DNA from: Bacteroidales bacterium | GTDB lineage: Bacteria > Bacteroidota > Bacteroidia > Bacteroidales > UBA4417 | Direction: 5' to 3' | NCBI GenBank assembly: GCA_038249635.1 | Contig: JBBSDG010000001.1 | Location: forward strand, 2,037-66,036 | Length of the DNA stretch: 64,000 nt | The notes under the pieces: model-generated | The model's input: only the letters and a program-made list of their open reading frames with translations | What the model was told of the DNA's origin: nothing | Databases searched by the model: none | Shown here: in pieces, positions 1-10,685 of the stretch | How the letters are laid out: the number at the start of each line of letters is the position of its first letter | How positions within the stretch are numbered: position 1 is the stretch's first letter | Program-made: the position numbers and the translations under genes

Positions 1-1036
1 TGTTGGTTGTGCTATACCCTTTGCTGTTAAATTCGGTGAGAGCAATTGGATAATAACCTTTTGGTTTGCCGGCATATTTAATAACCCAATAATTTACAGA
101 ATCAGCATTGGCTTTTATGGCGGTAATACTTGCCAGGATATTGGGCGGAGTTGCTTTATTTTCAGCAGTAAAATATTCGTGGACAAATATAAAGTCGGCA
201 ACATCTTTAACTTGTGTCAATACCTGGCCCGACCAAATGACATTACCCATATCGACAACAGCTCCAACTTTAATTGTCGGATCAACAGCCTTCATGGCGG
301 CGGCAAAAACTTTAAAATCCTCACCATATTCTGTTCCGATTACATTTATTCCATTTACCGAATAGTCTCGTTCCCATTTTCCATAGCACTCATTCCCAAT
401 TTCCCAATTTTGAACATTTGCCTTGAGTTCAATATTCATTTTGCGAACAAATCCAGCCGCATAATCTGCCGCTTGTTGTACACGGGCGGTTCTTTTCTGA
501 GAATCGGTTGCTCCAACCTGATAATCTACATCCGTTTTGCCATAACGAGCATAGAAATAATTGACAACTATATTGGCCTGAGCTTTGGTCGAAGTCAGAA
601 ATTGCGCAAAAATGGCAGGATTAATTTCTGCGCTTTTTGTCCCATCAATGGGTAAACTTTTTACAGGATCTAATATTGAAAGATCGGTTAGTAAAATTCC
701 ATCCCAGAAATAAGTATTTGAACCACTACCGGCAGGAAAGCGGAACTCACCAAACTTTGCCTGATTATATAGAGGCACTCGTTCCAGAATACTGCTTCCG
801 CTTCGGAAATTTGAATTGACTCCAAACAGGGTAGGCAGCACTTTTGCAATGGTATCTGAAATAGAAACTGAAACTACAACATTGGGCAAAACTCTCGATA
901 ACAACGACGAAGTTTCGGAGATTAATGGAATATCAAATGTCTTCGGTTTCCAAAATGCATCGAGGTAAGATGTTTGGCCTTTCACGTGACTGACAATTAC
1001 AAATAAAACAATAAATATTTTGAATAATCTCTTCAT
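1..1036 (-). CDS. Glycoside hydrolase, clan GH-A (beta/alpha)8 type, family unassigned; 3' end runs off the window
   Basis: This ORF is absent from the ORF track because the window edge cuts it. Reading the reverse complement from the ATG at 1036 gives MKRLFKIFIVLFVIVSHVKGQTSYLDAFWKPKTFDIPLISETSS..., a signal peptide. By-eye translation stays protein-like down to position 1. It contains FRFPAGSGSNTYFWDG and NWEIGNECYGKWE. These parallel IRWPGGNMSNDYFWD and YWEIGNENYGKWE in ORF 31426..33840; the NE pair is the usual clan GH-A acid/base motif. Confidence 0.7.
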   Translation of the reverse strand, partial: MKRLFKIFIVLFVIVSHVKGQTSYLDAFWKPKTFDIPLISETSSLLSRVLPNVVVSVSISDTIAKVLPTLFGVNSNFRSGSSILERVPLYNQAKFGEFRFPAGSGSNTYFWDGILLTDLSILDPVKSLPIDGTKSAEINPAIFAQFLTSTKAQANIVVNYFYARYGKTDVDYQVGATDSQKRTARVQQAADYAAGFVRKMNIELKANVQNWEIGNECYGKWERDYSVNGINVIGTEYGEDFKVFAAAMKAVDPTIKVGAVVDMGNVIWSGQVLTQVKDVADFIFVHEYFTAENKATPPNILASITAIKANADSVNYWVIKYAGKPKGYYPIALTEFNSKGYSTTN

Positions 1037-1100
1037 ACAAATAGGTTTTTCGGGTAATCAGATCAGTGGTCGAAATTATCAAAAAGCTGGAGGAATTATC

Positions 1101-1134
1101 TTGAAAATACACACTAAAATCTTTAAAATTCAAC
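1101..1134. promoter_or_regulatory. Conserved 34-nt intergenic motif, copy 1 (TTGAAAATACACACTAAAATCTTTAAAATTCAAC)
   Basis: It matches 45207..45240 at 29 of 34 positions without gaps. It shares the core CTAAAAT(T)CTTTAAAATT with 22122..22155. It lies 65 nt upstream of the minus-strand GH start (1036) and 119 nt upstream of the HTCS start (1253). Confidence 0.5.
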
Positions 1135-1252
1135 TAATATGGCATATTCCAGATCATTTAAGTTAAAACCAAAATTTCTGGAAATGGCAGCATTGCTTTG
1201 TAAATTGTTATAACTACTTTTAATGCCTAATTAATTTTTTTCGTTAAAAACC

Positions 1253-4200
1253 ATGAAACTTTTAAGGGCAGCTTTTATTATTATATTTTTTCAGATCATT
1301 TCTGCCTATTCTCTTTTTGCTATAGTACATCAGAAATTTCTTTATTATACCGACATTGACGGCCTTCCCAGGAATATTGTCACTTCAGTTGAACAAGACA
1401 AGTACGGTTATATATGGATTGGAACAGGAAATGGCATAGCACGATATGATGGGAACACTTTTACTACCTACGAACAGCTAAAGGGCATCAATATTATTTG
1501 TCTCTTTATCGATTCGAGAAATAACCTATGGGTAGGATCAAGCAGAGGTATTTTGTTATACAATAGGATAACAAATATTTTCGAACCCAAAACTCAAGGC
1601 TATATCAGGAGAATCCAGGAAGATAATGGTGAAATTTATTACATCGACGAATCAGGGGTTAAAAAGCTAAAAGGAAATGATGTTCAAGTCATTAGGACCG
1701 AGAGCGACATTCTCTATTTCAACTTTGTCAAAAATGGTTTGTGGTATGTCGGCAATGGGGTAAAATTATTAAGCCGTGAAGGAAGTTTCAGGGAAGTTGT
1801 TGAGAACAATCTTGGCAACTTTTACGTTTCGGCGGTTACATTAATTGGAGACAAGTTGCTTTTTGGATGCAAAAACGGTCAGTTGTTTCTCCGTAATCCG
1901 GATGGAAGTTATGTCAACATCCCAATTTCAAACCATCACAACATTAAAAAAATTGTGAGGATTGATCAGGAGATTTGGGTTGCAACTGATGGGAACGGGT
2001 TAATAATTCTCGATCAAAACATGAAGATTACAAATGTTCTTCGCCGTAACCAGAACGCCCCATCGATTAACAGCAACAGTATTTATGATGTTTTCTATGG
2101 TATAAACCGCGAAATTTGGATCGCGTCGTACGGTGCCGGGCTAACATGCATTTTGCCCGATAATTTATTGTTCCGAAATATTGTACCCGAAAAAGGCAAC
2201 CGTAATTCTCTGATTTCCAGCGAAGGTGTGGCTATTTATGAAAAGGATGGTATTTTCTATTTTGGAACAAATTATGGTTTTTCGATCTGGAATGAAAAGA
2301 CAGATGTGTTCACCAATTTTTCGTTGGATAAACTTAAAAAAGAATTAAAAGGGGTAAAAGCCCTGGGCATTAGTTCAGACAACAAAAAAAATATTTGGCT
2401 CGGAACTTATGATGGTTTATTGGGGAAATATTCATCAGGGCATCAATTATCGGAAGTTTTTTATCCGAGCACCGGAAATCCGGAAGAATCACAACAAATT
2501 GTTGTTATGTACAATCACAATAACACAAATTTAGTTCTTGGAACTCAATTCCAGAATCATAGCCTCATAAATTTTGACCTGAAAACCAAGTCATCCTCAG
2601 TTCTGGGATTGATCGATAATTCAGGCAAAATCACACAATTTCAGATAAATGCCATTCGCGAGAACCAAAAAGGAGAAGTGATGGTACTGAATTCGACTGG
2701 TGGCATTTTCAGGATAAACTTCAGTGAAAACAAATTAGAAGATAGTTATAGTGAGCTTAATAAAAAGGTAAATTTCTGGATAAACGACTTTTATAACGAT
2801 AAAAACGGCAATTACTGGCTGACAACCAATACTGAAGGTTTGGTTAAAATATCAGCCAATGGCAACCAAATGAAAAAATGGACGGACAAAGATGGGCTGC
2901 CTTCCAATTCACTCATCAGGATCGAATCGGTTGATGACCGTTTTTTATGGATCAGTTCGATTGCCGGTATATGCCGGTTTGAAATGGAAACCGGCCAGGT
3001 GATGAATTTCAACCATCGTAATGGGCTTCCGGCCAACGAATTTACTGTCAGATGTTCGGCAAAAACCTCCGATGGAAGAATCATTTTTGGTTCGTATGCT
3101 GGTTTTACTATCATAAATCCGGCAAATGTAGTACCCGACAGCTCAAAGATTCAGGTAATTATTTCAGATATTACGTTTCAGAATCAGAGCATTAAAAGTG
3201 CCAAAGGAAAAAGTCACTTGGCTGTTCCGCTTGAGGAGGCCAAAGTAATAAGACTACCTTATAATAGGAATTCGTTTACAATATACTTCTTTACAAAAAA
3301 TAAAGATTTTCCAAAGTACAACAATTACAATTACCGGATGGTTGGTCTCGATAAGGAATGGACTTATTTGAGTGAAACCAACCACATTAATTTCACTAAT
3401 TTATCGCCCGGAACTTATACATTCGAAGTAAAAAGCTCATCGAAAACCAATATTGACGGCAATTTCATCACTCAACTCACCATCAGTATCAATCCTCCTT
3501 GGTATCTTAGTTGGTATGCTTTTATGGGATATTTAGTTCTTGTTTCCGGATTGATTTACATATCACTTTCAATATATACTAACCGGATCCAATTGAAAAA
3601 AGAAGTCGAGATTTCAGAATATAAAGTTCAGAAAGAACATGAACTGACCGAGAAAAAACTGGCTTTCTTCACAAACATTTCGCATGACCTACGAACTCCA
3701 TTAACATTGATTGATGGCCCGGTAAACGATTTATTGCAGTCGAAGAACCTTGAAAGAGACCAGACTGATAAATTGATTATTATCCGGAGAAATTCAAGAC
3801 GGCTTTATAAGCTGATTACCGATTTGCTCGATTTCAGGAAAATAACTGAAAAACAATTCGCACTTGAAGTTTCAGAAACAGACATTACTGAACTCATTGA
3901 TGGGGTTTATCATGCTTTTCAGGAGGAATGCAGAAACAACTCGATTATTTTTAACAAGGAGGTCCGTGTTGAACAAGCTGTTTTTATTGATGTCCGAAAA
4001 GTAGAGAAAATTTTGTGGAACTTGTTATCGAATGCTGTGAAATTCACCCCACCAAAAGGCAAAATCTTTATTGGAGCCAACGAATTGTTGCTCAATGATA
4101 AAAGGTTTATTGAACTAATTGTAAAAGACTCTGGTCTTGGTATTTCAGCTTCTGATCAGACAAAAATATTCGAACCCTTTTTTCAAGGAAAAACAAACAG

Positions 4201-5221
4201 AGCCAACTCCATGGAAGGAACAGGAATCGGGCTTTCAATTGTAAAAGACCTCGTTGAGCTTCATCATGGCGAAATTTTGTTCGACTCTGCATTAGGTATT
4301 GGCACAACATTTAAAATTGTGATCCCAGATGAAAGTGTACAGTACAAACCTGCGGAATTAGGCAATCCTGAAACAGCTAATATACCTATTATTGATGATA
4401 AACCCGAAACCAAAGATATCAATGCTGGCAAGAAGGGAACACCAAGTTTCTACAATCGACCGAAAATACTGATCGTTGAAGACAATAAGGAACTGCGGGA
4501 ATACCTGGCCACACATTTTGAGAAGAAATACAAGGTCAGTCAGGCTGAAGACGGAATGATGGGCTTTGAGACCGCAAAAGATATTAATCCTGATGTTATC
4601 CTGACTGATGTTCAGATGCCAAACATGAATGGATACGATTTTTGCAAGGCAATTCGCGGGCAATTCGACACTTCCCACATTCCGTTAATTATGCTTACGG
4701 CCAACAGTGACGTTGATCAGCACATTGAAGGTTTGGCTACCGGTGCTGACGCCTATGTAACTAAACCTTTTGATATCAATCTTATAGACAGCGTTCTTAA
4801 TTCAGTTTTGGAAAATCGACGAAAACTGCGCCTAAAGTTTATGGGTATTGATGCAAATCAAGAAAATGAAAAACTAATTACGTCAAGAGATCATGATTTC
4901 ATTGTAGGATTAAAGAATTATGTCGAGAAAAATATGGCTTTACCAGAACTGAATATCGAATTAATTTCAGCACATTTTGCAGTAAGCAGAACCCAACTCA
5001 ACCATAAAATTAAATCACTTATGGGGACAACACCAAACAATCTGATCAAATCCTTACGGCTTAAAAGAGCATATCATCTCATTAGAAATGAAGGTGTTAG
5101 GGTTTCTGAAGCTGCATATCTGACTGGTTTTAGCGATCCTAATTATTTTACTACCTGTTTCAAAAAAGAATTTGGTGAAAACCCATCTCAAATCGGAACT
5201 GACACAACATCCATCAGTTGA
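1253..5221 (+). CDS. Hybrid two-component system sensor histidine kinase / response regulator with AraC-type HTH (HTCS)
   Basis: 1322 aa. It has an N-terminal hydrophobic leader and a roughly 700-aa repeat-rich periplasmic sensor region. A TM segment follows (WYLSWYAFMGYLVLVSGLIYISL). Other motifs: HisKA H-box FFTNISHDLRTPLT; HATPase G-box GTGIGLSIVKDLVELHHG; receiver ILIVEDNKELREYL...ILTDVQMPNMNGY; C-terminal AraC HTH YLTGFSDPNYFTTCFKKEFGENPSQ. Confidence 0.95.
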   Translation: MKLLRAAFIIIFFQIISAYSLFAIVHQKFLYYTDIDGLPRNIVTSVEQDKYGYIWIGTGNGIARYDGNTFTTYEQLKGINIICLFIDSRNNLWVGSSRGILLYNRITNIFEPKTQGYIRRIQEDNGEIYYIDESGVKKLKGNDVQVIRTESDILYFNFVKNGLWYVGNGVKLLSREGSFREVVENNLGNFYVSAVTLIGDKLLFGCKNGQLFLRNPDGSYVNIPISNHHNIKKIVRIDQEIWVATDGNGLIILDQNMKITNVLRRNQNAPSINSNSIYDVFYGINREIWIASYGAGLTCILPDNLLFRNIVPEKGNRNSLISSEGVAIYEKDGIFYFGTNYGFSIWNEKTDVFTNFSLDKLKKELKGVKALGISSDNKKNIWLGTYDGLLGKYSSGHQLSEVFYPSTGNPEESQQIVVMYNHNNTNLVLGTQFQNHSLINFDLKTKSSSVLGLIDNSGKITQFQINAIRENQKGEVMVLNSTGGIFRINFSENKLEDSYSELNKKVNFWINDFYNDKNGNYWLTTNTEGLVKISANGNQMKKWTDKDGLPSNSLIRIESVDDRFLWISSIAGICRFEMETGQVMNFNHRNGLPANEFTVRCSAKTSDGRIIFGSYAGFTIINPANVVPDSSKIQVIISDITFQNQSIKSAKGKSHLAVPLEEAKVIRLPYNRNSFTIYFFTKNKDFPKYNNYNYRMVGLDKEWTYLSETNHINFTNLSPGTYTFEVKSSSKTNIDGNFITQLTISINPPWYLSWYAFMGYLVLVSGLIYISLSIYTNRIQLKKEVEISEYKVQKEHELTEKKLAFFTNISHDLRTPLTLIDGPVNDLLQSKNLERDQTDKLIIIRRNSRRLYKLITDLLDFRKITEKQFALEVSETDITELIDGVYHAFQEECRNNSIIFNKEVRVEQAVFIDVRKVEKILWNLLSNAVKFTPPKGKIFIGANELLLNDKRFIELIVKDSGLGISASDQTKIFEPFFQGKTNRANSMEGTGIGLSIVKDLVELHHGEILFDSALGIGTTFKIVIPDESVQYKPAELGNPETANIPIIDDKPETKDINAGKKGTPSFYNRPKILIVEDNKELREYLATHFEKKYKVSQAEDGMMGFETAKDINPDVILTDVQMPNMNGYDFCKAIRGQFDTSHIPLIMLTANSDVDQHIEGLATGADAYVTKPFDINLIDSVLNSVLENRRKLRLKFMGIDANQENEKLITSRDHDFIVGLKNYVEKNMALPELNIELISAHFAVSRTQLNHKIKSLMGTTPNNLIKSLRLKRAYHLIRNEGVRVSEAAYLTGFSDPNYFTTCFKKEFGENPSQIGTDTTSIS

Positions 5222-5448
5222 AAAGTTAATACTGAATCTCGAAACAAAAAGTAATATGCAAAATCTTCTCGGATAATTTCCCGGATAATTTTATTTTCCA
5301 TTGTTAAAAAAAAATACGGCACGATCTTTCCTGTTTGGAACAAGAAAAACCGCACCGTATCTAAATATTTGTTCGTTAATCTTTAATATCTTATAATCAA
5401 TTCCGGCACAACAAAACCTTAGCTGACTATCGAATTTCTAACTTCAGT

Positions 5449-6858
5449 TTAATATTGTCTCTGATGTCTGTAATCTGCATTTCGGTACGTATTATGCTTC
5501 TTTAGCGGAATTTTCATACCATCTGTTTTTTCCATCCACTCATTCAATTCATCCAAATGCTTTTTAATTTCTGGCTGAAGTTCAGGCTTTTCAATCAGGT
5601 TGTATATTTCATTTGGATCGTTTTGTATGTCGTAGAACTCATTTCTGTCCCAGATTCCCTGATAACGGATGTATTTGTATTTGTCGGTTCGAACGCCAAA
5701 CATGGTTGGAGTCATCGGAAAATCATATTCCCAATAGTATTCATAGAAAATACGGTCGCGCCAGTTGGATTCGTCCCCCTTCAGTAATTGAATAAATGAA
5801 TAGCCAGGCATATAAGTTGGTTTTTTCAATCCTGCCATTTCGAGACAAGCTGGAGCAACATCGACATTCTGAACCATTTTGGTAATTACTTTGCCACCTT
5901 TGAATAATTCCGGGCATCGGACCAAAAAAGGCACTTTAACCGATTCTTCATAGAAATGCCGCTTGTCGATCAGTCCATGTTCTCCCCAACTAAAGCCATT
6001 GTCGCCCATGTAAATGATCAAAGTTGATTCGTCCAGCCCTTCTTTTTTAAGGTAATCTATAACAGAACCAACACTTTCGTCAACACCCATCAAGGTTTCG
6101 CAGTAATCCTGAACCATGGTTTGCATATCGCTATTTGTGTTGTACATGTAATCGACACCATGCCAACTGATGCGCTGCGCCGCAACCCATTCAGGCCATT
6201 TCAGATCACGGTAAGCTCCGGTTTTAGTCTGATCGTAGGTAACAGGAAGCGGATATATCATCCCCTTGTATTTTCCCTTATGCCGGCTTGCCGGCTGAAA
6301 ACCTGCATGTACCGCTTTGTGCGAGAGATATACGAAGAATGGTTTGGTTTTATCGCGTTCCTTAAGCCATTTCAGGGTGTGTTCAGTGAGCAAATCGGTA
6401 ATATAGGTCGAATCTTTGTACTCAACCTTTTTCCCATCGATATTTAGTACCGGATTATAATAAACACCCTGGCCTTTAAAACTTTCCCAATGCGAAAAGC
6501 CTGGTCGTGGTGCATCGGTTTCTCCGCCCATATGCCACTTTCCAAAAAAGCAGTCTGGTAGCCAGACGATTGCAAATACTGAGGGAAAAAGGTCAGATTT
6601 CCCGGATCAGGAGCCTTATTATCAACGATGGTATGTATATGTGAATACTGACCTGTCAAAATGGACGCCCGACTGGGAGAGCATAGTGAAGTTGTCACAA
6701 ATGCGTTTTTAAACCACGCCCCCTCGGCAGCCATTTTATCCAGATTAGGCGTTTTCAGCCATGGAACTTTACCGGTTTGCCGGTGTGTTTTGTGCGAAAC
6801 CCGACATCGTAGTTCCCAACAATGTTGCACCTAGTATTAAATTTTGTTTGCTAAGCAT
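5449..6858 (-). pseudogene. S1 sulfatase pseudogene (paralog of 29868..31370 and 53960..55486)
   Basis: ORFs 5449..6531 and 6444..6830 are two overlapping frames of one sulfatase. The CSPSRASILTG formylglycine motif is present. A 1-nt deletion at about 6544-6552 is visible (TCCAAAAAAGCAGTCTGG against TCCGAAGAATGCAGTTTGG in the 29868 paralog). The signal peptide (ATG at 6858, MLSKQNLILGATLLGTTMSGFAQNTPAN) joins out of frame to GKVPWL. About 90 nt are missing at about 6777 relative to the paralog. The missing segment encodes FKPL...RNVIFILTDDHRYDFMGFT, which includes the metal-binding DDH motif. Confidence 0.85.
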
Positions 6859-6911
6859 ATCGTTTATTTTTCATTTTAAACTATTCAAAATTAGTTTCTA
6901 ATCTCTAATTT

Positions 6912-7180
6912 CTAATCATTTTTTACTTCACACACGCCATGAGGCCATTCATTCATAGCCAATTGTGGAATACCAAATCAGGAAACCCTTTACTTGTATA
7001 TTTTGATTGTGCATGGCATAATGCCACTTTTCATCAGTTGTCATCAACGGCAAGGCATTTTCGATGCGTTTTTCAATCGGCTGTTTTTTCGTCCAAATAA
7101 ATGGAGAGCTGCGCCTTGGCTCATAAAACGATCAAGACTAATCCAATTGCAAATAGCCTTAACTTTATAAATTTATTCAT
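6912..7180 (-). pseudogene. Remnant of the N-terminus of a second GH3-type glycosidase
   Basis: The reverse complement from ATG 7180 gives MNKFIKLRLFAIGLVLIVL followed by a stop. Shifting frames then gives PFIWTKKQPIEKRIENALPLMTTDEK / ALCHAQSKYTSKGFPDLVFHNWL / NEWPHGVCEVKND. This resembles the usual GH3 start (...MTLEEKV.L.HA.SKF.S.GVPRLGIP...M.DGPHGV). Only about 90 codons remain, and they are broken by stops and frameshifts. Confidence 0.55.
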
Positions 7181-7191
7181 CTCTTGGTTCT

Positions 7192-9477
7192 TTACAGTAT
7201 TTTTAATTTGGTCTTTAGTAATGTCTTATCATCAGAACTGCCACCTACCATAATTTGAAAACTTCCCGGCTCAACCACAAATTTCATATCGAGATTGTAA
7301 AATGATAGATCGGTTGCGTCAAGGGTAAAATTTATTGTTTTCGTTTCACCGGGTTTTAATGAAATTCGTTTGAAATTTTTCAATTCCTTTATTGGCCTGG
7401 TTACCGACGAAACTTCATCGCGGATGTAGAGTTGAACGATCTCGTCGCCTGCAACTGCTCCGGTATTGGTAATGTCAACACTGAATTTCATGTTTTCACC
7501 CTGAGCGTAATTGGTTTTATCCGACTTCAGGTTACTGTATTTGAATGAGGTATAACTTAATCCGAATCCAAATGGATAAAGGGGATCTTTTGGTTCGTCG
7601 ATGTATGGATGAAAAAACTGTGACGGTTTGTAATTGTATGTACTGACCAGTTGGCCTACCGAATATGGAATGGTCATCGTCAGTTTTCCTGATGGGTTTA
7701 CATCGCCAGAAATGACCTCTGCAACAGCCCGGCCACCTAAACTTCCCGGCTCCCAGGCTTCGATAACTGCCGGAATGTTTTCTGTAATCCATGGTTCAGA
7801 GATTGGCCGGCCATTGACCAATACCACAATAATATTTTTATTCTTTGAATACAATTGTTTCACTAATTCAAGTTGATCGCCCATCAGGTTGATGTTAGCC
7901 CTGTCGATGTTTTCACCACAGGTTTTGGCCTTGTCGTATCGCAATGAATTCTCACCAACAACGACCACAATGGCATCATAAGCAGCTGCTTTTTTAGTTG
8001 TCTCAGAAATTTTTTCAGCGCCAATCGTTCTCAAATCTTCGCCGCAATCCACATAATCAACTTTTGATTCAGAAAAAACCAATTTCATTCCTTCCACAAT
8101 GGTAGTCACATTTTCCTCGGGTTGGTCAAGACTCCAGTCACCCAGGATTCGTTGATTATTGGCATTTGGCCCTGTCACCATTATTTTCATTCCCTTTTTT
8201 AAGGGCAGGATATTTTTCTCGTTTTTCAGCAGAACGATTGATTTTCTTGCGGCTTCAAGAGCCAGTTGACGGTGCTGATTGTTGAAAAGGACTTTCCGGG
8301 TCAAAGCGGTATCTGCAAAAGGATGTTCAAACAAGCCCAGCATCAATTTCGCACGAATAATTGCAAGGCATGATTCATCGATTCGTTTTACTGAAATTTT
8401 ACTTTCCTTCGTTAAAGCCAGCACATCATCAAAAAAGCCCGGTCCATGCATGTGCATGTCCATTCCTGAATTGACGGTCAATTCAGCTGCACCTTTATTA
8501 TTTTCAACAACATGGTGAAGATTATTGAGCCTTTCGATATCCATCCAATCTGAAACAACAAAACCTTTAAAATTCCATTCATTTCGAAGAATGTCGGTGA
8601 GAAGCATTTTGTTGCCATGGCATGGAACCCCGTTTAATTCGTTATGGGCAGCCATAAAAGTCCAGACACCCGCTTTCACCTGAGCGAGATAAGGCGGAAA
8701 CCATATCTCGCGAAGTTGCCTTTCCGAAACATCCATGGGTGAAGCATTAGTTCCGTTCGAAGGTTCGCTGCCTGCAATAAAATGTTTGGCGCAAGCTAGT
8801 AACATTTGGTCAGGACGATTGTTCTGATAACCATTGGTCATGGCAACACCCAAGCGCGAAACCAGGATCGGATCTTCACCAAAAGTTTCACCACAACGTC
8901 CCCAGCGCGGATCACGTGCCACATCAACATTGGGCGAAAAAGTCCACTGCATGCCGGTTGCACGCACTTCTAAAGCTGTAGCTCTGGCCATATCCTCAAC
9001 AAGCTTTTCGTCCCATGAGGAGGATAATGTTAACTCTGTGGGAAAAACTGTGGCGCCAATATAAAGCCCATGTCCGTGAATGGCATCGATCGACATCAAC
9101 AGTGGAATTTTCAACCGGCTCTTCATGGCCAATCCCTGAAGTTTATTAACTTCCTCAGCATCTGTTAAATGAAGGAATGAACTGATTTTCCCTTCCTTAA
9201 TCATCTCATAAATCTGGCCAATAATCAGATTTTGATAGAATCCCATCTGATCGTTCGAAAGATCATTTTTACCGTGTAATTCTTTTTTAGCCTGATCGAC
9301 ATGTTTGGGGGCAACATACTGGCACATTTGCCCGATTTTCTCTTCCAATGTCATTCTGCCCAGCAAATCTATCGCTCTGACATTGATATCTTTGGAAGCA
9401 TCTAAATAGATTGGTTTATTTTGAGTAGAGGCCTGATAAAAGCACATCAAGCCTGTCAGTATTAATAGAAATTTCAT
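7192..9477 (-). CDS. GH3 beta-glucosidase / beta-xylosidase family protein
   Basis: 761 aa with a signal peptide. Motifs: MTLEEKIGQM, KHFIAGSEP, and GFVVSDW (the nucleophile Asp context). The C-terminus looks like a fibronectin-III-like domain (GFGLSYTSFKYSNL). Confidence 0.92.
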   Translation of the reverse strand: MKFLLILTGLMCFYQASTQNKPIYLDASKDINVRAIDLLGRMTLEEKIGQMCQYVAPKHVDQAKKELHGKNDLSNDQMGFYQNLIIGQIYEMIKEGKISSFLHLTDAEEVNKLQGLAMKSRLKIPLLMSIDAIHGHGLYIGATVFPTELTLSSSWDEKLVEDMARATALEVRATGMQWTFSPNVDVARDPRWGRCGETFGEDPILVSRLGVAMTNGYQNNRPDQMLLACAKHFIAGSEPSNGTNASPMDVSERQLREIWFPPYLAQVKAGVWTFMAAHNELNGVPCHGNKMLLTDILRNEWNFKGFVVSDWMDIERLNNLHHVVENNKGAAELTVNSGMDMHMHGPGFFDDVLALTKESKISVKRIDESCLAIIRAKLMLGLFEHPFADTALTRKVLFNNQHRQLALEAARKSIVLLKNEKNILPLKKGMKIMVTGPNANNQRILGDWSLDQPEENVTTIVEGMKLVFSESKVDYVDCGEDLRTIGAEKISETTKKAAAYDAIVVVVGENSLRYDKAKTCGENIDRANINLMGDQLELVKQLYSKNKNIIVVLVNGRPISEPWITENIPAVIEAWEPGSLGGRAVAEVISGDVNPSGKLTMTIPYSVGQLVSTYNYKPSQFFHPYIDEPKDPLYPFGFGLSYTSFKYSNLKSDKTNYAQGENMKFSVDITNTGAVAGDEIVQLYIRDEVSSVTRPIKELKNFKRISLKPGETKTINFTLDATDLSFYNLDMKFVVEPGSFQIMVGGSSDDKTLLKTKLKIL

Positions 9478-9488
9478 CCGTTTGATTT

Positions 9489-10685
9489 TTATTTCAGTGG
9501 AGCATTTTTTAACAATAATTCTTTGATGCGGTAATAAGCCGGAGTTGGATTTAACTCATTGTCGAATAATCCGGCAAAACTTCCTTCCGAATTGCGAAAA
9601 CGATGTTTCAATGCCCAACAATTGATGCCAACTGCACCTTTGCCGATTTTTTTCAAAAGAGCTTCTGTGACGGCGCCATAGGTGTCAGCTATTTCAGTCG
9701 CTTTTTCTTTGAAAATTCCGGGGTTCATATCTTTTCCCATTTTAACATCCAGTTCTGTAACATGAAATTCAAGCTTATTCTGATAACACCAGTCAATCAG
9801 ATTGTTTAGCTTTTCCATATTTCCAGGCAATTTTTCGAAACCATAAGGAATATGAGCCTGCCATCCAATTGCATCAACTTTCAATCCCTTACTGCGAAGA
9901 TAAAGCACTGTATTTTTTACTTTTTCCCAGGTGGCATCCTCCATACCACCATGGTGATTGTAAAGCTTCTTAATGTTAGGTGCATATTGGTTAGCTAGCT
10001 CGAAGGCCAGTTTAATATAGCTCGGAACTTTCAGCGGAGTATCTGTTTCGAATCCCATGATGGTCCATGGATTCTCCCACTCAGCAGTACCTAAACGGGG
10101 ACCAAACCAATCGCCACTTTCATAGGTAATATTATCAGCAGTGCTATGAGCATCATAGCCAATCCCTTTTGTTTTTGCTGGACAAATGGTTTCATTCACC
10201 ACATCCATCCATCGCACGATGTCCTTGTTTTTCTCCAGTTCCTTGCTCAGGGTGGTCACATAATAGGTCATTTGTTCCTTTAGTTCAGTGGCCGTGCGGT
10301 TATCCTGCTTCGCCCATTTTGAACATTGAGGTGAAATTGGACCATGCGAACGAACGGTCTGTTTGTTTTCACGGGCCATTAACAGCAACTGTCGGTAATT
10401 ATCGGACTTCCATTCGGTACCGGGCTCTGTATAAACCTGAGCTTGTTTAAATTCATTTGCGGGTGTATTGTACGAAAACTCTTTGAGAAAAATCTCCTTC
10501 TCAGCTTTTCCTTCTTCACCGAGGAAACTGGCTTTGGAAGTACAGCCAAAATAGAAGCTGTCTTTTTGATAATACTTCTCTATAATCTGGCGGATCGTCA
10601 AATCCTTATCATTAACCTGAGCGATTGCAGAATTTAAAATGAAGAGTGAACATAGAATTACAAATACAAAGCGATATATTTTCAT
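9489..10685 (-). CDS. GH10 family glycoside hydrolase (endo-xylanase-like)
   Basis: 398 aa with a signal peptide. WMDVVNET matches the GH10 acid/base motif WDVVNE. FHVTELDVKM matches the nucleophile motif TELD. Its position after a SusC/D-SusC/D-lipoprotein series matches xyn10C of xus clusters. Confidence 0.8.
   Translation of the reverse strand: MKIYRFVFVILCSLFILNSAIAQVNDKDLTIRQIIEKYYQKDSFYFGCTSKASFLGEEGKAEKEIFLKEFSYNTPANEFKQAQVYTEPGTEWKSDNYRQLLLMARENKQTVRSHGPISPQCSKWAKQDNRTATELKEQMTYYVTTLSKELEKNKDIVRWMDVVNETICPAKTKGIGYDAHSTADNITYESGDWFGPRLGTAEWENPWTIMGFETDTPLKVPSYIKLAFELANQYAPNIKKLYNHHGGMEDATWEKVKNTVLYLRSKGLKVDAIGWQAHIPYGFEKLPGNMEKLNNLIDWCYQNKLEFHVTELDVKMGKDMNPGIFKEKATEIADTYGAVTEALLKKIGKGAVGINCWALKHRFRNSEGSFAGLFDNELNPTPAYYRIKELLLKNAPLK

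Noticed and set aside
179-655. Plus-strand ORFs 108..365, 179..655 and 637..819 at the left edge
   Set aside because: They are antisense to a much better minus-strand reading frame (1..1036), which has a signal peptide and GH-A motifs. Their translations are low-complexity and Cys/Ile/Phe-rich.
6897-6916. Short tandem-like TCTAAT repeats (tttctaatctctaatttctaatc), checked as a possible CRISPR or satellite
   Set aside because: There are only about three imperfect 6-7-nt units and no spacer structure. They lie at the junction of two gene remnants and are most simply slippage debris. No CRISPR array was seen anywhere in the window.
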